A DNA stretch of 64,000 nt from a virus (taxonomy: Duplodnaviria; Caudoviricetes): the IMG/VR virus record IMGVR_UViG_3300033120_000845, positions 68,414 through 132,413 of that record; one strand, given 5' to 3'. Both the position numbers and the translations under genes were made by a program. The notes under the pieces are model-generated. The model saw only the letters and a program-made list of their open reading frames with translations. It ran no database searches and was not told the DNA's origin. Shown here piece after piece: positions 21,601 through 31,110 of this stretch; position 1 is the stretch's first letter, and each line of letters starts with the position of its first letter.

Positions 21601-24112
21601 TGAAACAGAAAGACAAATTGATTTAATAACCGACACTAATGAGTCGTTCAATAAGGAATTAGATAAATACGAAAATTATAAAGATAAACTTCAATTTATA
21701 ATGGATAATACAACAGATGCTGATGCTATGTTGATTAGAAAAATGGAAGTATATTTTGATGAGTTTTTAAAAGGCAATAGAACAAAACCGCCAAAGTCTT
21801 TAGAGCGTTTTTATAGTGGGCAAGAAACAAAAGAAAAAGTTATTTTAGAATATGCGAAAACTAAAGTGTTGCCATACTATAAGAGAACAGCCTCTGATGA
21901 GTATTTCGAGATAGTAAACCGTTTAAAGAATAGCTCGGAAGACATTAATAAAATTATTGATGATATTAATAACTCTGAATTTTTAAAATTACAGCCAAAT
22001 CCATCGTTCTTCACAAAAGAGGAAGATGACAGTTTGAATCCAAATTACAGACCAAACCTAAGAACAGGATGGAGACAACCAAAGGCTTCTTTATATAGAA
22101 ATGCTGACTTTTTTAAACTTTTCGGCGAGGGTACAAAAACAGACGACAAAGGATTTATTATTGTAGAAACAGCATCTAACAAGAAAAAGGCAGAATTTTA
22201 TAACGCCACTTTAGCATTCAGATTTAAAACTTTAGATTATATGGATGTGTCTAAAGGATATAACTATTACACCGCGCCACAAATTAGGGCAAAAGGAGTG
22301 GAAAGATGGGCTAAAATATTTAATGTAGACAATTTGAAGGGTGCTGTTAAAGACCTTACAACATTTACGGAGGACGATATGATTTTAGGGGACAACTCTT
22401 TAGGAACAGACATTAGAATCATTCCTAAAATGTACACTCGAAAATTAGATGACCCTGAAGATATGTCTAAAAACTTATTCACTTCTATGATGATGCAACA
22501 TAATGAGGCAACGTTAAGGGATAGTAGGGTTAAGTATTTAGGACAGATTAATTCTGTTATGGAAACTATTCAGACAAGAGAGCAGTTTAAAGGCAAGCCT
22601 GCTGAAACAACTAATGCTTACAAACAAGCTAAGTCAGCAGTTGATTATGCGGTGTTTGGCAAACAACAAGAGTTCACAATGCCTGTAAAAACAGCTTTAG
22701 GGGAATTTGATGCTGTTAAAGTGTTGCAAGGATTTAGTAGTTTAATTAGGTTTAAAAACTTAGGTGGGTCGGTTGTAATTCCTCTAACATCTGCAATGTC
22801 GGCAAAAGTTGTACAGCAAATTGAAAGAGTAGTTGGGCAATATTACGAGTCTAACACTTACAATTTAGCAACAAAGGATTTCTTAAAACATGTTGCAAAA
22901 GGAACATCTGAGGCGGGTAAAATAAACCAGTCGGCTTACATTAACGTAGCGGGAAGATATTTTGGTTCTTTTGATATGGAAGAGGGGATTAAAAACTCTA
23001 ATTATAGTCCATTTCTAAAAAATCTACCAAGAAGTACAATGGCTTTATATTCTGCCTCAATGTATGGCTTGTTTGGAAAAAACTTATTCTACACATTTAA
23101 AAATACAAGAGTAGTAGATGGTGGTGTAACGACATATCAGAAGTTTAGAGCTAATAACATCGCGCTAAAAGAAAGTGAAATCAAGCAAAAGTGGAAACAA
23201 TATGAAAATGCCACAATTGATAACTATTTCGAGGTAAAAGATGGTAAGATAGTTTGGAATACAGAAAAATTAGGAAAGGATGTTGTGGACTTCAATATTG
23301 AAGACATTGAGAATTCCATTAGAGCGCAAGTGAAAAACCTTAATATCCGAGTGGATAACCAATTATCTAAAGAGGATAAGGTATTGGCTCAAAGACATGG
23401 ATTACTAAATTTATTGATGATTCACCGAGGATGGTTGGTAGCAGCCACAGAAAACAGATTTAAAGGAATGCACCACAATACACAAACGGATATGTGGGAA
23501 GAAGGAAGCTACCGTTCTTTTTATAATTATTTAGGCGGGGTGATAAAAGAATGGAGAAGAAATGGACATAGTGTAGTTAAAGCATTTAAAACAGAGTGGG
23601 ATAACGCAGGTAAATTAGATAATCCCGAATTAACCTATTTGAGAAGAAGTAATCTTAAAAGAGTTGGTATTGAATTCGCAGTTTTAAATACTTTAGCTTT
23701 AGTTTCATTAGTTATACAAGGATATGCAGATGATGACGAAAACAAAGATTTGTATGCTTTACAAATGACTAATCTACTTCTTTACAGAACAGCTTTGGAA
23801 AGTAACTCAGCTTCATTTGGAATTGGAAGTTCATACTCATCTGTAATTGATGACCCACTATTAGCTTGGCAGACTGCAAAAGATTTATCAAAAGTTACAG
23901 ATATTTTTGATTCAGGTGAAATTAGTACAGGAGCTTGGTCAGGTTACACTAAAGGGGAGCAATTCCTATTCAAGAATACGCCATTATTAAAGCAATATAA
24001 GGACATGAGCAATCCATATGAAAAATTCAACTCAACGAAGTATTTTTCAGAGGTTAGAAATAATCAAATGGCAACAGTTCCTTTGTATAATTTCTTAAAT
24101 AAAGAAGAATAA
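18614..24112 (+). CDS. Giant virion/ejection-type protein
   Basis: 1832 aa; degenerate zincin-like IEEVAH; N-terminus similar to that of 14308-18417; hydrophobic helix near the C-terminus. Confidence 0.55.
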   Translation: MACQIVYDKQGKIKLVLDKQKRESKIYNQLKSHPMIDDPLTAYTNFPEDIKDESAYNVIHKVGDKFYNSYKEALKATNENGKIEIVFQGEGQTKVLSTITKSTDVETKDGFINFYIENNLIADKRKNGKLTGQGISNKERLFNALEIQRLAVSTLGVDSFNLDYYSFEISEPTLGKTKLTLKNGEEVFVSPEEITNINDFRNPEEANIVKNYKEPVYRDLPKPQSQSEESLQLKLMDVLNNLGVSVMSITDYTKRYRIKNGVNPSARALADIANGVIALEEGVATIEDFIEEVAHFIESATSAEKKENILRNIHKTKEYIEHAEAYRTIYSEDYSGEELENIVRREVLGKVIKNSIQENEQRNETERNILQRAFDLIVDFVNSITSNNELKIYLNDINDAIEQNTSGLIDRKNINSIYTFYSTAKSPITKEVLRIIGHLNNVRTNLPKTDIASIVKIEQQINTSEEVYSVVALLDVINHAVKKLQNALKDSEVNNKDYAFTLEETSLYFETLNIAESLPRIAEALRSQPFEIGKKDLKEATISRLQEVKQNLDTLKAQKESIVNTTTKRIVDELMRDSNNQQSREYYEEAIIRAKNDATILSSTFGTLANSTDGMLNIIGKLLVSMTGQAHRNMYNDYQDYVNQMESLGFKAKDVAEFLDGNYMISEFNLTEFDNDNDKDFIPAYREITQDSEITDEEIIKQKNSNSLKIDSDIFQQVSARAMELSDVRVEKSRKPEFYEKIEQRYQNAGIEKDSPTRAYLSVFLSEVSKFKNKATDENGKTDYTKLSLQEYETLKQLQQDRKLKKDYFDITSGELKKGLEYKGLDEKGKPIYTLADTNVSDEARIAFELNKLDALTLEELKQGGDRDNTKALRDFKDSLKGLSREAQVRFIEVNATLGFTEAYYEAIQAKVLNEDGSVSDKPSILSQMLEQGKDEQAKRLAEINSQINTLLKAYTSKTNPTEIVADDIPETTKELIRQLHSERTAIIQDFSGETFETERQIDLITDTNESFNKELDKYENYKDKLQFIMDNTTDADAMLIRKMEVYFDEFLKGNRTKPPKSLERFYSGQETKEKVILEYAKTKVLPYYKRTASDEYFEIVNRLKNSSEDINKIIDDINNSEFLKLQPNPSFFTKEEDDSLNPNYRPNLRTGWRQPKASLYRNADFFKLFGEGTKTDDKGFIIVETASNKKKAEFYNATLAFRFKTLDYMDVSKGYNYYTAPQIRAKGVERWAKIFNVDNLKGAVKDLTTFTEDDMILGDNSLGTDIRIIPKMYTRKLDDPEDMSKNLFTSMMMQHNEATLRDSRVKYLGQINSVMETIQTREQFKGKPAETTNAYKQAKSAVDYAVFGKQQEFTMPVKTALGEFDAVKVLQGFSSLIRFKNLGGSVVIPLTSAMSAKVVQQIERVVGQYYESNTYNLATKDFLKHVAKGTSEAGKINQSAYINVAGRYFGSFDMEEGIKNSNYSPFLKNLPRSTMALYSASMYGLFGKNLFYTFKNTRVVDGGVTTYQKFRANNIALKESEIKQKWKQYENATIDNYFEVKDGKIVWNTEKLGKDVVDFNIEDIENSIRAQVKNLNIRVDNQLSKEDKVLAQRHGLLNLLMIHRGWLVAATENRFKGMHHNTQTDMWEEGSYRSFYNYLGGVIKEWRRNGHSVVKAFKTEWDNAGKLDNPELTYLRRSNLKRVGIEFAVLNTLALVSLVIQGYADDDENKDLYALQMTNLLLYRTALESNSASFGIGSSYSSVIDDPLLAWQTAKDLSKVTDIFDSGEISTGAWSGYTKGEQFLFKNTPLLKQYKDMSNPYEKFNSTKYFSEVRNNQMATVPLYNFLNKEE

Positions 24113-24120
24113 TTTAAATT

Positions 24121-24150
24121 TCCCTTGTAAAAATTTGCAAGGGATTTTTT
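24121..24150 (+). terminator. Intrinsic terminator after the giant-protein operon
   Basis: TCCCTTGTAA...TTGCAAGGGA followed by TTTTTT. Confidence 0.65.
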
Positions 24151-24165
24151 ATTTTACTATATTTG
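24135..24165 (+). promoter_or_regulatory. Bacteroidota sigma-A-type promoter
   Basis: TTG-N20-TATATTTG, overlapping the terminator, upstream of the endonuclease gene. Confidence 0.7.
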
Positions 24166-24183
24166 CAAATAAAATAAATCAAT

Positions 24184-24957
24184 ATGTCACCAAAGAAAGG
24201 AAAAAACAGCCCCTATTTTAAAGACAAGACAGGTGAAAAACACATTACTAACGAGGGATATGAGATAGAAATTGTAGAATATTTTGGAGCATTCGATTGT
24301 ACAATAGTATTCAGTGATGTATATAAGGCGGTATTATATAATGTACACTATAGCAATATTAAAATAGGTCAAGTTAGAAATCCATATCATCCTGCTCTCT
24401 ATGGGATAGGGTATTATGGACAAGGTAAATATGAACATTACAAAGATAAAACTCCTACTATATGTTGTCGTAGATGGAGAAGTTTAATAGAGAGAAGTGG
24501 TTCAATTAAACTTAAAGAGATATATACTACTTACAAAGACGTTACCGTTTGTGAAGAGTGGAAATGTTTTCAAAACTTTGCAGAGTGGTTTGAGAAAAAC
24601 TATATCGATGGGTGGGACTTAGATAAAGATATTTTAGTAAAAGGAAACAAAGTTTATAGCCCTGAAACTTGCTGTTTTATACCACATGAAGTCAATTCAA
24701 TGATTGTTAAATCTGATAAAAATAGAGGAGAATGCCCCATAGGTGTTAGAAAAATATACAACAGATTTCAAGCAAGAATTAATAAAGGAGACCAATTAAT
24801 AAATTTAGGACGATTTGATAAAAAAGAAGAAGCCTTCCGAGCATATAAAATCGCAAAAGAGGATTACATTAAAGAAGTGGCGGACAAATATAAGCACCAA
24901 TTACCCGAAAAAGTTTATGAAGCACTTTACAACTACCAAGTAGAAATAACAGATTAA
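24184..24957 (+). CDS. HNH-like homing endonuclease with AP2-type C-terminal domain
   Basis: VCEEWKCFQNFAEWF...WDLDKDILVKGNKVYSPETCCFIP; GVRK..NRFQARI....INLGRF...EEAFRAY. Confidence 0.7.
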   Translation: MSPKKGKNSPYFKDKTGEKHITNEGYEIEIVEYFGAFDCTIVFSDVYKAVLYNVHYSNIKIGQVRNPYHPALYGIGYYGQGKYEHYKDKTPTICCRRWRSLIERSGSIKLKEIYTTYKDVTVCEEWKCFQNFAEWFEKNYIDGWDLDKDILVKGNKVYSPETCCFIPHEVNSMIVKSDKNRGECPIGVRKIYNRFQARINKGDQLINLGRFDKKEEAFRAYKIAKEDYIKEVADKYKHQLPEKVYEALYNYQVEITD

Positions 24958-24958
24958 T

Positions 24959-25177
24959 ATGAGAAATAAAGGGAAAACGCGCCAAGAAATAGAACAATTA
25001 AAAGAATCGCTTGATGAAGGTAAGAAAGTATTGTGTTATGGACTGTTAGAGTCAAATAGATATTTAGACCAACTCGGTAAAGAATATTTAGCAGAAGAGG
25101 TGTTTAGAACAGAGTTTAATATTGAAACAGAACAAGAGGTAAAGACTTTAATTGGTAATAGGCTTTATAAAATATGA
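24959..25177 (+). CDS. Hypothetical protein
   Basis: Tightly packed ORF in the + operon. Confidence 0.5.
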   Translation: MRNKGKTRQEIEQLKESLDEGKKVLCYGLLESNRYLDQLGKEYLAEEVFRTEFNIETEQEVKTLIGNRLYKI

Positions 25178-25641
25178 GCGCAGTAGCTTTTACAGGAAAT
25201 AGGGATATAAAACCCGAAAAACAATTGATGTGGCATCTTCATGACGTAATTGTTGACCACATAGAAAACAAAGGATGTGATGTATTCTATAACGGTTTAG
25301 CCATTGGTTTTGATTTTCACTCCGCAAGAATAGTAATAAAACTAAAAGAAAAATATCCTCACATAAAGTTGATTGGTTGCGTCCCATGTAAAGACCAAGA
25401 TAAACTTTGGAGTAAAGAGGATAAGGAAATGTATCAACACATTCTAAAAAACTGCGATAGTATAGTTTATGTAAGTGAAGAAGAATATAAACCTTATCTC
25501 ATGCAACGCAGAAATGAGTACATGATAATGCATTGCCAATATGTAATAAGTGTTTATAATTACAGCGGTAAAGGAGGAACGTTTCAAACTTTAAATTTTG
25601 CCGAGAAAAAAGATAAAGAAATAACAATTATAAAACCGTAA
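25174..25641 (+). CDS. SLOG-superfamily protein (YspA/DUF1273-like)
   Basis: VAFTGNR...GLAIGFD...LIGCVPCKDQDKLW...MQRRNEYMI...GGTFQT. Confidence 0.8.
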   Translation: MSAVAFTGNRDIKPEKQLMWHLHDVIVDHIENKGCDVFYNGLAIGFDFHSARIVIKLKEKYPHIKLIGCVPCKDQDKLWSKEDKEMYQHILKNCDSIVYVSEEEYKPYLMQRRNEYMIMHCQYVISVYNYSGKGGTFQTLNFAEKKDKEITIIKP

Positions 25642-25771
25642 AAATGAAAACAATAATTAAAAGAACAGAAAAAGGAAGCTATCAAATAGATAATATTAAA
25701 GTAAATACAACTTATATTATAACACATTTAGAAGGAGAAGAACCTAAAATAGAAGAAAAAGAAAACTAAAA

Positions 25772-25969
25772 ATGTTAGAATTTAAAAATCCAATCCCAAT
25801 AATAGTAAAAGAAACGGGACAAGAAGGATATGCTATATACACAACAAATAATGGAACTTACGAAAATGATTGTTGGACAATAGTGTTATGTAAAGGAGGA
25901 GACATTATAACAGTGACTGTTGACCAAATTAAAACACATTGTAACAAAACTTTTGGAATAGAGAAATGA
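25772..25969 (+). CDS. Hypothetical protein
   Basis: ORF in the + operon; stop overlaps next start. Confidence 0.5.
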   Translation: MLEFKNPIPIIVKETGQEGYAIYTTNNGTYENDCWTIVLCKGGDIITVTVDQIKTHCNKTFGIEK

Positions 25970-26247
25970 GGAGCAGTAGAGAAAAGCAAATAAATAGGTA
26001 CGTTTCAGATTGGTGTTGGAATAATTTAGGCGGAGATATAGATTGGGATAATAATGTTTATGCCCACGTTCTGAAAGGAGTAGAAATCGCCGAAAAAGAA
26101 TTTAAAAAGAAGATTAAAGACAAGTACAACGCTTTAAACTCACAACTACAAGAAACAGAACACATAAAACTAGGTAAAAGAGTTAATTTAGAAAAAGTGG
26201 CGGAATTAAAAGTCAAATTAGAATTATTAAAACAATTGATGAAATGA
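25966..26247 (+). CDS. Hypothetical protein (last + strand gene before the convergent strand switch)
   Basis: 93-aa ORF. Confidence 0.5.
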   Translation: MRSSREKQINRYVSDWCWNNLGGDIDWDNNVYAHVLKGVEIAEKEFKKKIKDKYNALNSQLQETEHIKLGKRVNLEKVAELKVKLELLKQLMK

Positions 26248-26280
26248 AATATAGAAAATTAAAAAGCAAACCCTCTTCCT

Positions 26281-26466
26281 TTATTTGGTTGAGGGTTTTC
26301 TGTATTCTGTTATTTTTGGACTACTTGTTAAATACCATTTACCATCTTTATCGAGGTATGTTCTGCAAGGCTTCTTATCTTCTTTTTTCCAAGGTTTTCT
26401 CTGTGTGGTTAAAATCCTCTCCAATTCTGCTCGTGCCTCTTCCTCTGTATCAAAAGCTATTTTCAT
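26281..26466 (-). CDS. Hypothetical protein
   Basis: 61 aa; start overlaps the stop of the upstream - strand gene. Confidence 0.5.
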   Translation of the reverse strand: MKIAFDTEEEARAELERILTTQRKPWKKEDKKPCRTYLDKDGKWYLTSSPKITEYRKPSTK

Positions 26467-26741
26467 AGTTCCTCTTTTTCATTAATAACTTCTATTTTAT
26501 AACCCTCTTCTTTCTGCATATATTTAAGAATAATACCTAAATACAATGCTTCAGAGTAATTCAATTTACCAATTTTCTCTGTTCTGTATTTTAATTCGTT
26601 GCCTGTATTTCTCACTTTAAAAGCAAGTGTGTTTGGATGTGACCATTCAGGGTCGCCGGGAGAATAGAATAAACAATAGTCTTGTTCATTTATTTCAAGA
26701 TAAAAACTATTTACACTATCTACAATTATTTCTTTTCTCAT
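26463..26741 (-). CDS. Hypothetical protein
   Basis: Coupled small ORF. Confidence 0.5.
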   Translation of the reverse strand: MRKEIIVDSVNSFYLEINEQDYCLFYSPGDPEWSHPNTLAFKVRNTGNELKYRTEKIGKLNYSEALYLGIILKYMQKEEGYKIEVINEKEEL

Positions 26742-26947
26742 AATGTGTCTCCAACTTTAAATTTACCTTTCTCATCAAAAAATTGCATTTTAATTCCGTT
26801 CTTGTCTTGATACTCGTACCTGCTATATTTTGTTGAGTTGATGCAAGGGTCGGATAGTATTATTGTAAAAGGTTTTTCTAATGGTTTTTGACTACAACTA
26901 ATCGCCGCCAAAGAAATAAGAACAACGATAATAACTCTATAATTCAT
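26738..26947 (-). CDS. Putative small lipoprotein
   Basis: MNYRVIIVVLISLAAISC lipobox-like signal. Confidence 0.5.
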   Translation of the reverse strand: MNYRVIIVVLISLAAISCSQKPLEKPFTIILSDPCINSTKYSRYEYQDKNGIKMQFFDEKGKFKVGDTL

Positions 26948-27167
26948 CTTTCAAATTTTTTAAAAATTTATCTGCATATACTCCTGCTCTCTTAACAGAA
27001 GATTCATAACTGTCTTTACTATGAGAAACATAATTTATCTCGTATACTAATGTTTCCACTAAATTACATAAAGTAACTAAATTGTTAAACCTTTCACCAT
27101 CTCTTGAAGCGTCTCCTGCTGGGTTAATGTTTCCCACCAATTTTAAAACTATTTCTCTTATTTCCAT
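26937..27167 (-). CDS. Hypothetical protein
   Basis: Coupled small ORF. Confidence 0.5.
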   Translation of the reverse strand: MEIREIVLKLVGNINPAGDASRDGERFNNLVTLCNLVETLVYEINYVSHSKDSYESSVKRAGVYADKFLKNLKDEL

Positions 27168-27389
27168 ATTTCTAATTTATTTAATTTTATAAATATAAAT
27201 TGTATCTATTGTTTTACCATCAGTTGTTAATAATTTTTCAGGTGTAATAATGACATTGCTTCTAATTTCTTGTGTGTCACCTGAAAAAGTAAAAATAGCA
27301 ATACCCCCTGCCATAATCATACCAACAACCCAACCTGCTGTAAAAATGTCAAATTCTCTCATGTTATAAATTTTTAAAAGTTTATGTAG

Positions 27390-27420
27390 CAAATATAAAT
27401 ATAATAAATGATATAAACAA
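27390..27420 (-). promoter_or_regulatory. Bacteroidota-type promoter
   Basis: Minus strand TTG-N20-TATATTTG. Confidence 0.65.
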
Positions 27421-27512
27421 GCAAACTACGTAAATATTTTAAAATTTCGCCGAAAAAAGAATAAAGAACGGAAAACAAAAAAGCCCCTCTATTAAGAAAG
27501 GCTTAGTGTTAG

Positions 27513-28475
27513 TTAATTTGGAGTAGCAATTGTAATGTTTTTACCTTTAGGTTTAGCTGTTCTACTTCTACCAATACTTCCACACTTCCCGCATCGACAA
27601 GCATCGTATTGGTTAGTATAGGTAGTGTAAACACCTTCCCATTTTAAATCTGTTGAACCACAACTATGGCAAGAATGGATGTCCTCCGCAACAAATAAGC
27701 CGACATTAGGGTGAGGCTTGATATAAGGCAGTAATGCTAAATATACATCTTCTAATAGACGAACATCTTGAATATTATAAGTTTCCATTTCTGTTAGAGC
27801 TTCGTTTTCTCCTTGCATACATCGTTTCCATAAATCAAAACCTCCTGTAGATAGTTTTTCACCCAATCCTAAGAACTTTCCAATATAGTCAAGTTTGTTA
27901 GACGTAATATTAAACCTTCTTCGAGCATGAATTAGGGTATCAATAACTTGATAAGGCATTGGTGGTGTAAGACCATTTTTAAGGAATCTTGTATTTATGC
28001 GTTTAATGTCAAACTTTAAAGCGTTATGAGCCACAACCACATCAGCTTCCTCTAATAACTCCCACAAACTTTTTGAAATACGCTCATCGTTTTCATTTAA
28101 CACTTCTTCCGAAGTAAGTTTATCTGACATGACTTTATCATCAAAAAGCCATTTAGCAGACCAAGTAAGCATAAACCAATCTGATTCAAGCATATTTAAA
28201 GAATGTCCTAAATTTACATTCCAAATTCCCCAAACATAACTTTTCAGAGGAGCTGTTTCTATATCGAAGACTAAAATTTTCATTGAATGCTTTGGTGTAG
28301 TTATTTCTTCACTGTAACTTTCCTTTGCCCCAACTCTATCAAGCCACTTAGAAGCCGACCTTCTTACAGAATCTGAATAAGGTATGCTATTAGCTTCACA
28401 ATAAGCTTTGGCAGCTCTTGTAATGTTTTCTTCTCTATCGTAGAGATTTTGTAATTGATTTAAATTAAATTCCAT
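27513..28475 (-). CDS. DEDD/RNase H-like 3'-5' exonuclease with C-terminal Zn ribbon
   Basis: ILVFDIETAP, VAHNALKFDI, IDTL, YNIQDV; CHSC...CGKC. Confidence 0.8.
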   Translation of the reverse strand: MEFNLNQLQNLYDREENITRAAKAYCEANSIPYSDSVRRSASKWLDRVGAKESYSEEITTPKHSMKILVFDIETAPLKSYVWGIWNVNLGHSLNMLESDWFMLTWSAKWLFDDKVMSDKLTSEEVLNENDERISKSLWELLEEADVVVAHNALKFDIKRINTRFLKNGLTPPMPYQVIDTLIHARRRFNITSNKLDYIGKFLGLGEKLSTGGFDLWKRCMQGENEALTEMETYNIQDVRLLEDVYLALLPYIKPHPNVGLFVAEDIHSCHSCGSTDLKWEGVYTTYTNQYDACRCGKCGSIGRSRTAKPKGKNITIATPN

Positions 28476-28835
28476 CTATTCTTTATTAGTTAATTTATCT
28501 AAACTCTCTTCAATCATTTCAGAGAGACAAGTTCCACCATTATAAAATCGCATAAAATAAGTATACCCATTTTCATCATCGCCTTCCAATTCTTGAATAT
28601 CCTCGTAAGGGTCTAATTCTTTATGTTCTACGTTGAAATAGAGTTTTCCCGCAGAATAAAAATAAGTTTCATATAAATCACAGTTTCCTAAAAACCCTTG
28701 AATACTCTCATCTTCATCCCACCAATCTTCTTTAAACTTATCGCCTAAAACTCTTTTTAAATAGTCTTTATCGGCTTCATTTTCTAATCTTTTTTGTAAA
28801 ATAATCTTACCACTGTGGCTTTCGTAATCACTCAT
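28476..28835 (-). CDS. Hypothetical protein
   Basis: 119-aa ORF abutting the next gene. Confidence 0.55.
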   Translation of the reverse strand: MSDYESHSGKIILQKRLENEADKDYLKRVLGDKFKEDWWDEDESIQGFLGNCDLYETYFYSAGKLYFNVEHKELDPYEDIQELEGDDENGYTYFMRFYNGGTCLSEMIEESLDKLTNKE

Positions 28836-29086
28836 ATACTTTTTGTTTAGTTATTATTTTCTTTTCTCGGCGAAATAATCTTCACCATTTACCGTTAATT
28901 TGATTAATAATTAATTCTGTATCTATTTTTATTATTTGCGCGTAGTAAGGTGGTGTATAAATACTCATCTAATCCTCACTTAAAATTCGTAATACTGTGT
29001 AACAATCACTTCTATCAAACTGCTCATGTGATTCATCATAAGTATAACTTTCATCCATTTCTTCTTCCATCTCTTCTAACCACTCT

Positions 29087-29326
29087 TTAAATCTTAATTT
29101 CATTTCTATATTTTCTTATTAAATTAAATATTTCTGTTAAGTTCTCAAATTCAAATCCTTTGTTCATATATCCTACTGTGAAGTAGTGTTCAGAAGCAAA
29201 CTTCTCTTTTACTTTTTTGCCGCAAATCGTGTCTAAATACACCCAAGGATAATTGGCAAAGTATGTTGTGTCAATCCCTATTTTAAGAAGCCTATTTCTA
29301 AATATTGTTAGCTTATCCATTTTCAA
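29087..29326 (-). CDS. Hypothetical protein
   Basis: Small ORF in the - operon. Confidence 0.5.
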   Translation of the reverse strand: MKMDKLTIFRNRLLKIGIDTTYFANYPWVYLDTICGKKVKEKFASEHYFTVGYMNKGFEFENLTEIFNLIRKYRNEIKI

Positions 29327-29841
29327 CTTTATAATTTAATTCAAGTGCCTTGTCTAAACTAATAAAACAATCTTCATTTGGGATATAGCATGTATTTTCT
29401 CTAAAAGTACTCCACATATATTGTTTCCAATCTTTGTTGTATTTGTGCATTATCAATTTAAATTTATCTATTGATGTTAGTTGTATACAAGTTTTCATTT
29501 TAATTTATTTAATATTTCCCCTCTTTTCTCAAAATCGGCGGATAAAAAATTACAAACCAATTCACTCAACTGATTCTCTAATACAATATCCATTCTAACA
29601 GGAGTTAAATCTCCATATTTACCAATTTCTTTAATGTCTACTTTATACTCTTTCATTCTTCAACATTCTTAATAATTCATCTTCACTAACATCTTTCATA
29701 ATTTCATCACAATCTGCATGAGATTTTCCAATTAAATAATATTGTTTTAAATTATCTTCAATTGGTTCATCTTTTCCTATCCATACAGATAGTAACCCTT
29801 TATGGTAAGCGTTTAAAATTTCGTTGTCTGTCATATATTTA

Positions 29842-30192
29842 TTATTTTAATTTCTCTCTAATTATTTTTGAAAAATGTTCAGGTGTTAAATTTTTATTCT
29901 GTTTCATAGCTTTTCGCGCCCAAATTAACTCGTTGTTAAAATCTCTTCTATGTGCGTAATAATCTGCCGTAAGCATAGGTATAGCCCACTTTCTATTCTT
30001 TTTCTTAAACTTATTATGACAACAAACACCGCCTATAAACCCGTCTCTTGTAACATAAACCTCATCATCATAAGAACCACAAGTACTAAAAGCAATGGTA
30101 TAATAACCATCTTTATCCGCCTCTTTAGTCATAAATATAAATTTATCTGAATATATTCGCTCCCAACCTAATAAAGTTAATTCATTTTTCAT
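29842..30192 (-). CDS. Hypothetical protein
   Basis: 116-aa ORF in the - operon. Confidence 0.5.
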   Translation of the reverse strand: MKNELTLLGWERIYSDKFIFMTKEADKDGYYTIAFSTCGSYDDEVYVTRDGFIGGVCCHNKFKKKNRKWAIPMLTADYYAHRRDFNNELIWARKAMKQNKNLTPEHFSKIIREKLK

Positions 30193-30606
30193 AATCTCAG
30201 TATGTGGGTATTATAATAGTTTTTACTTTTAATTTTTCTTGCGAGGCTTTTGCTTCATCTAATGAATCGAATGTACCTAACAAAATAAAAGTATTTTTAC
30301 TAAGAGTCTCTACGTCATCGAAGAAAAGATACTCCTCCAATTGAAATAAGCTGAATTTATTATGAACTGTGTCCTTCATATTCTTCTAAAAATTTATTAA
30401 ATAACTCCTCTTTACTGAAAACATTTCCAAACAAATTATCTTTAAAATGCTCGCCTTCTACACCCAAGGGTTCAAAATTTCGCGCACAAAAAGAAATAAA
30501 ACTGATAGAAAAATCCTTACACACATCAAAAGCAATATTAACATTAGCTTCTGTATTGTGGTCTGATAAATGAGATAGTAGTTTATCTCTTAATTCTTGT
30601 TTTAGT

Positions 30607-30957
30607 TTATTCATAGTTCCCTTTTGCTTTACGGACAATTGGTTCTAAAACTTCTATAATCTTAACATTGTTTTCTTTCTGTATTTCTAAAACCCGCTCA
30701 TAATTTAAAGTAAACCATTGTTGATTACCAAAACCTGTCTCTTTTACATTAAACCACATACAATCTTCAGAATCATCATAATTATTGTGATAGTTATAGC
30801 TCTCATTAGATGCAATCCAACCCCAACCTTCAACTATATCATTAGTATCTAAGTCAATGGAGAAGGCTCTTACTTTAGATTTACCTATTAACTTCTTTAG
30901 CTCTTCTATGCCCTCATAATTAGAAGGTCTTTTTAAATAATTAATTTCTACTTTCAT
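30607..30957 (-). CDS. Hypothetical protein
   Basis: 116 aa; directly downstream of a promoter-like motif at 30979-31009. Confidence 0.5.
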   Translation of the reverse strand: MKVEINYLKRPSNYEGIEELKKLIGKSKVRAFSIDLDTNDIVEGWGWIASNESYNYHNNYDDSEDCMWFNVKETGFGNQQWFTLNYERVLEIQKENNVKIIEVLEPIVRKAKGNYE

Positions 30958-31110
30958 AATTCCTTAATTTCTATAATACGAAGATAGTTATTTAATTTAA
31001 TATTTGCAACTTTTTCTACTAAATTTTCTTCAGTTTTTTTATCGCGGCAAAAAAGTTTAATTTTACTTTTATATTCTACGGGTTGAAGAAGTGTCAGTAA
31101 TTTTTCTGTT

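Noticed and set aside
1323-22482. Minus-strand ORFs within the giant genes (e.g. 8274-8879, 11754-12302) and 14813-15127 (+)
   Set aside because: Shadow ORFs fully overlapping long coding genes, with no recognisable motifs.
26244-26485. Plus-strand ORFs 26244-26468 and 26285-26485
   Set aside because: They are antisense to 26281-26466, which is coupled to the minus-strand operon.
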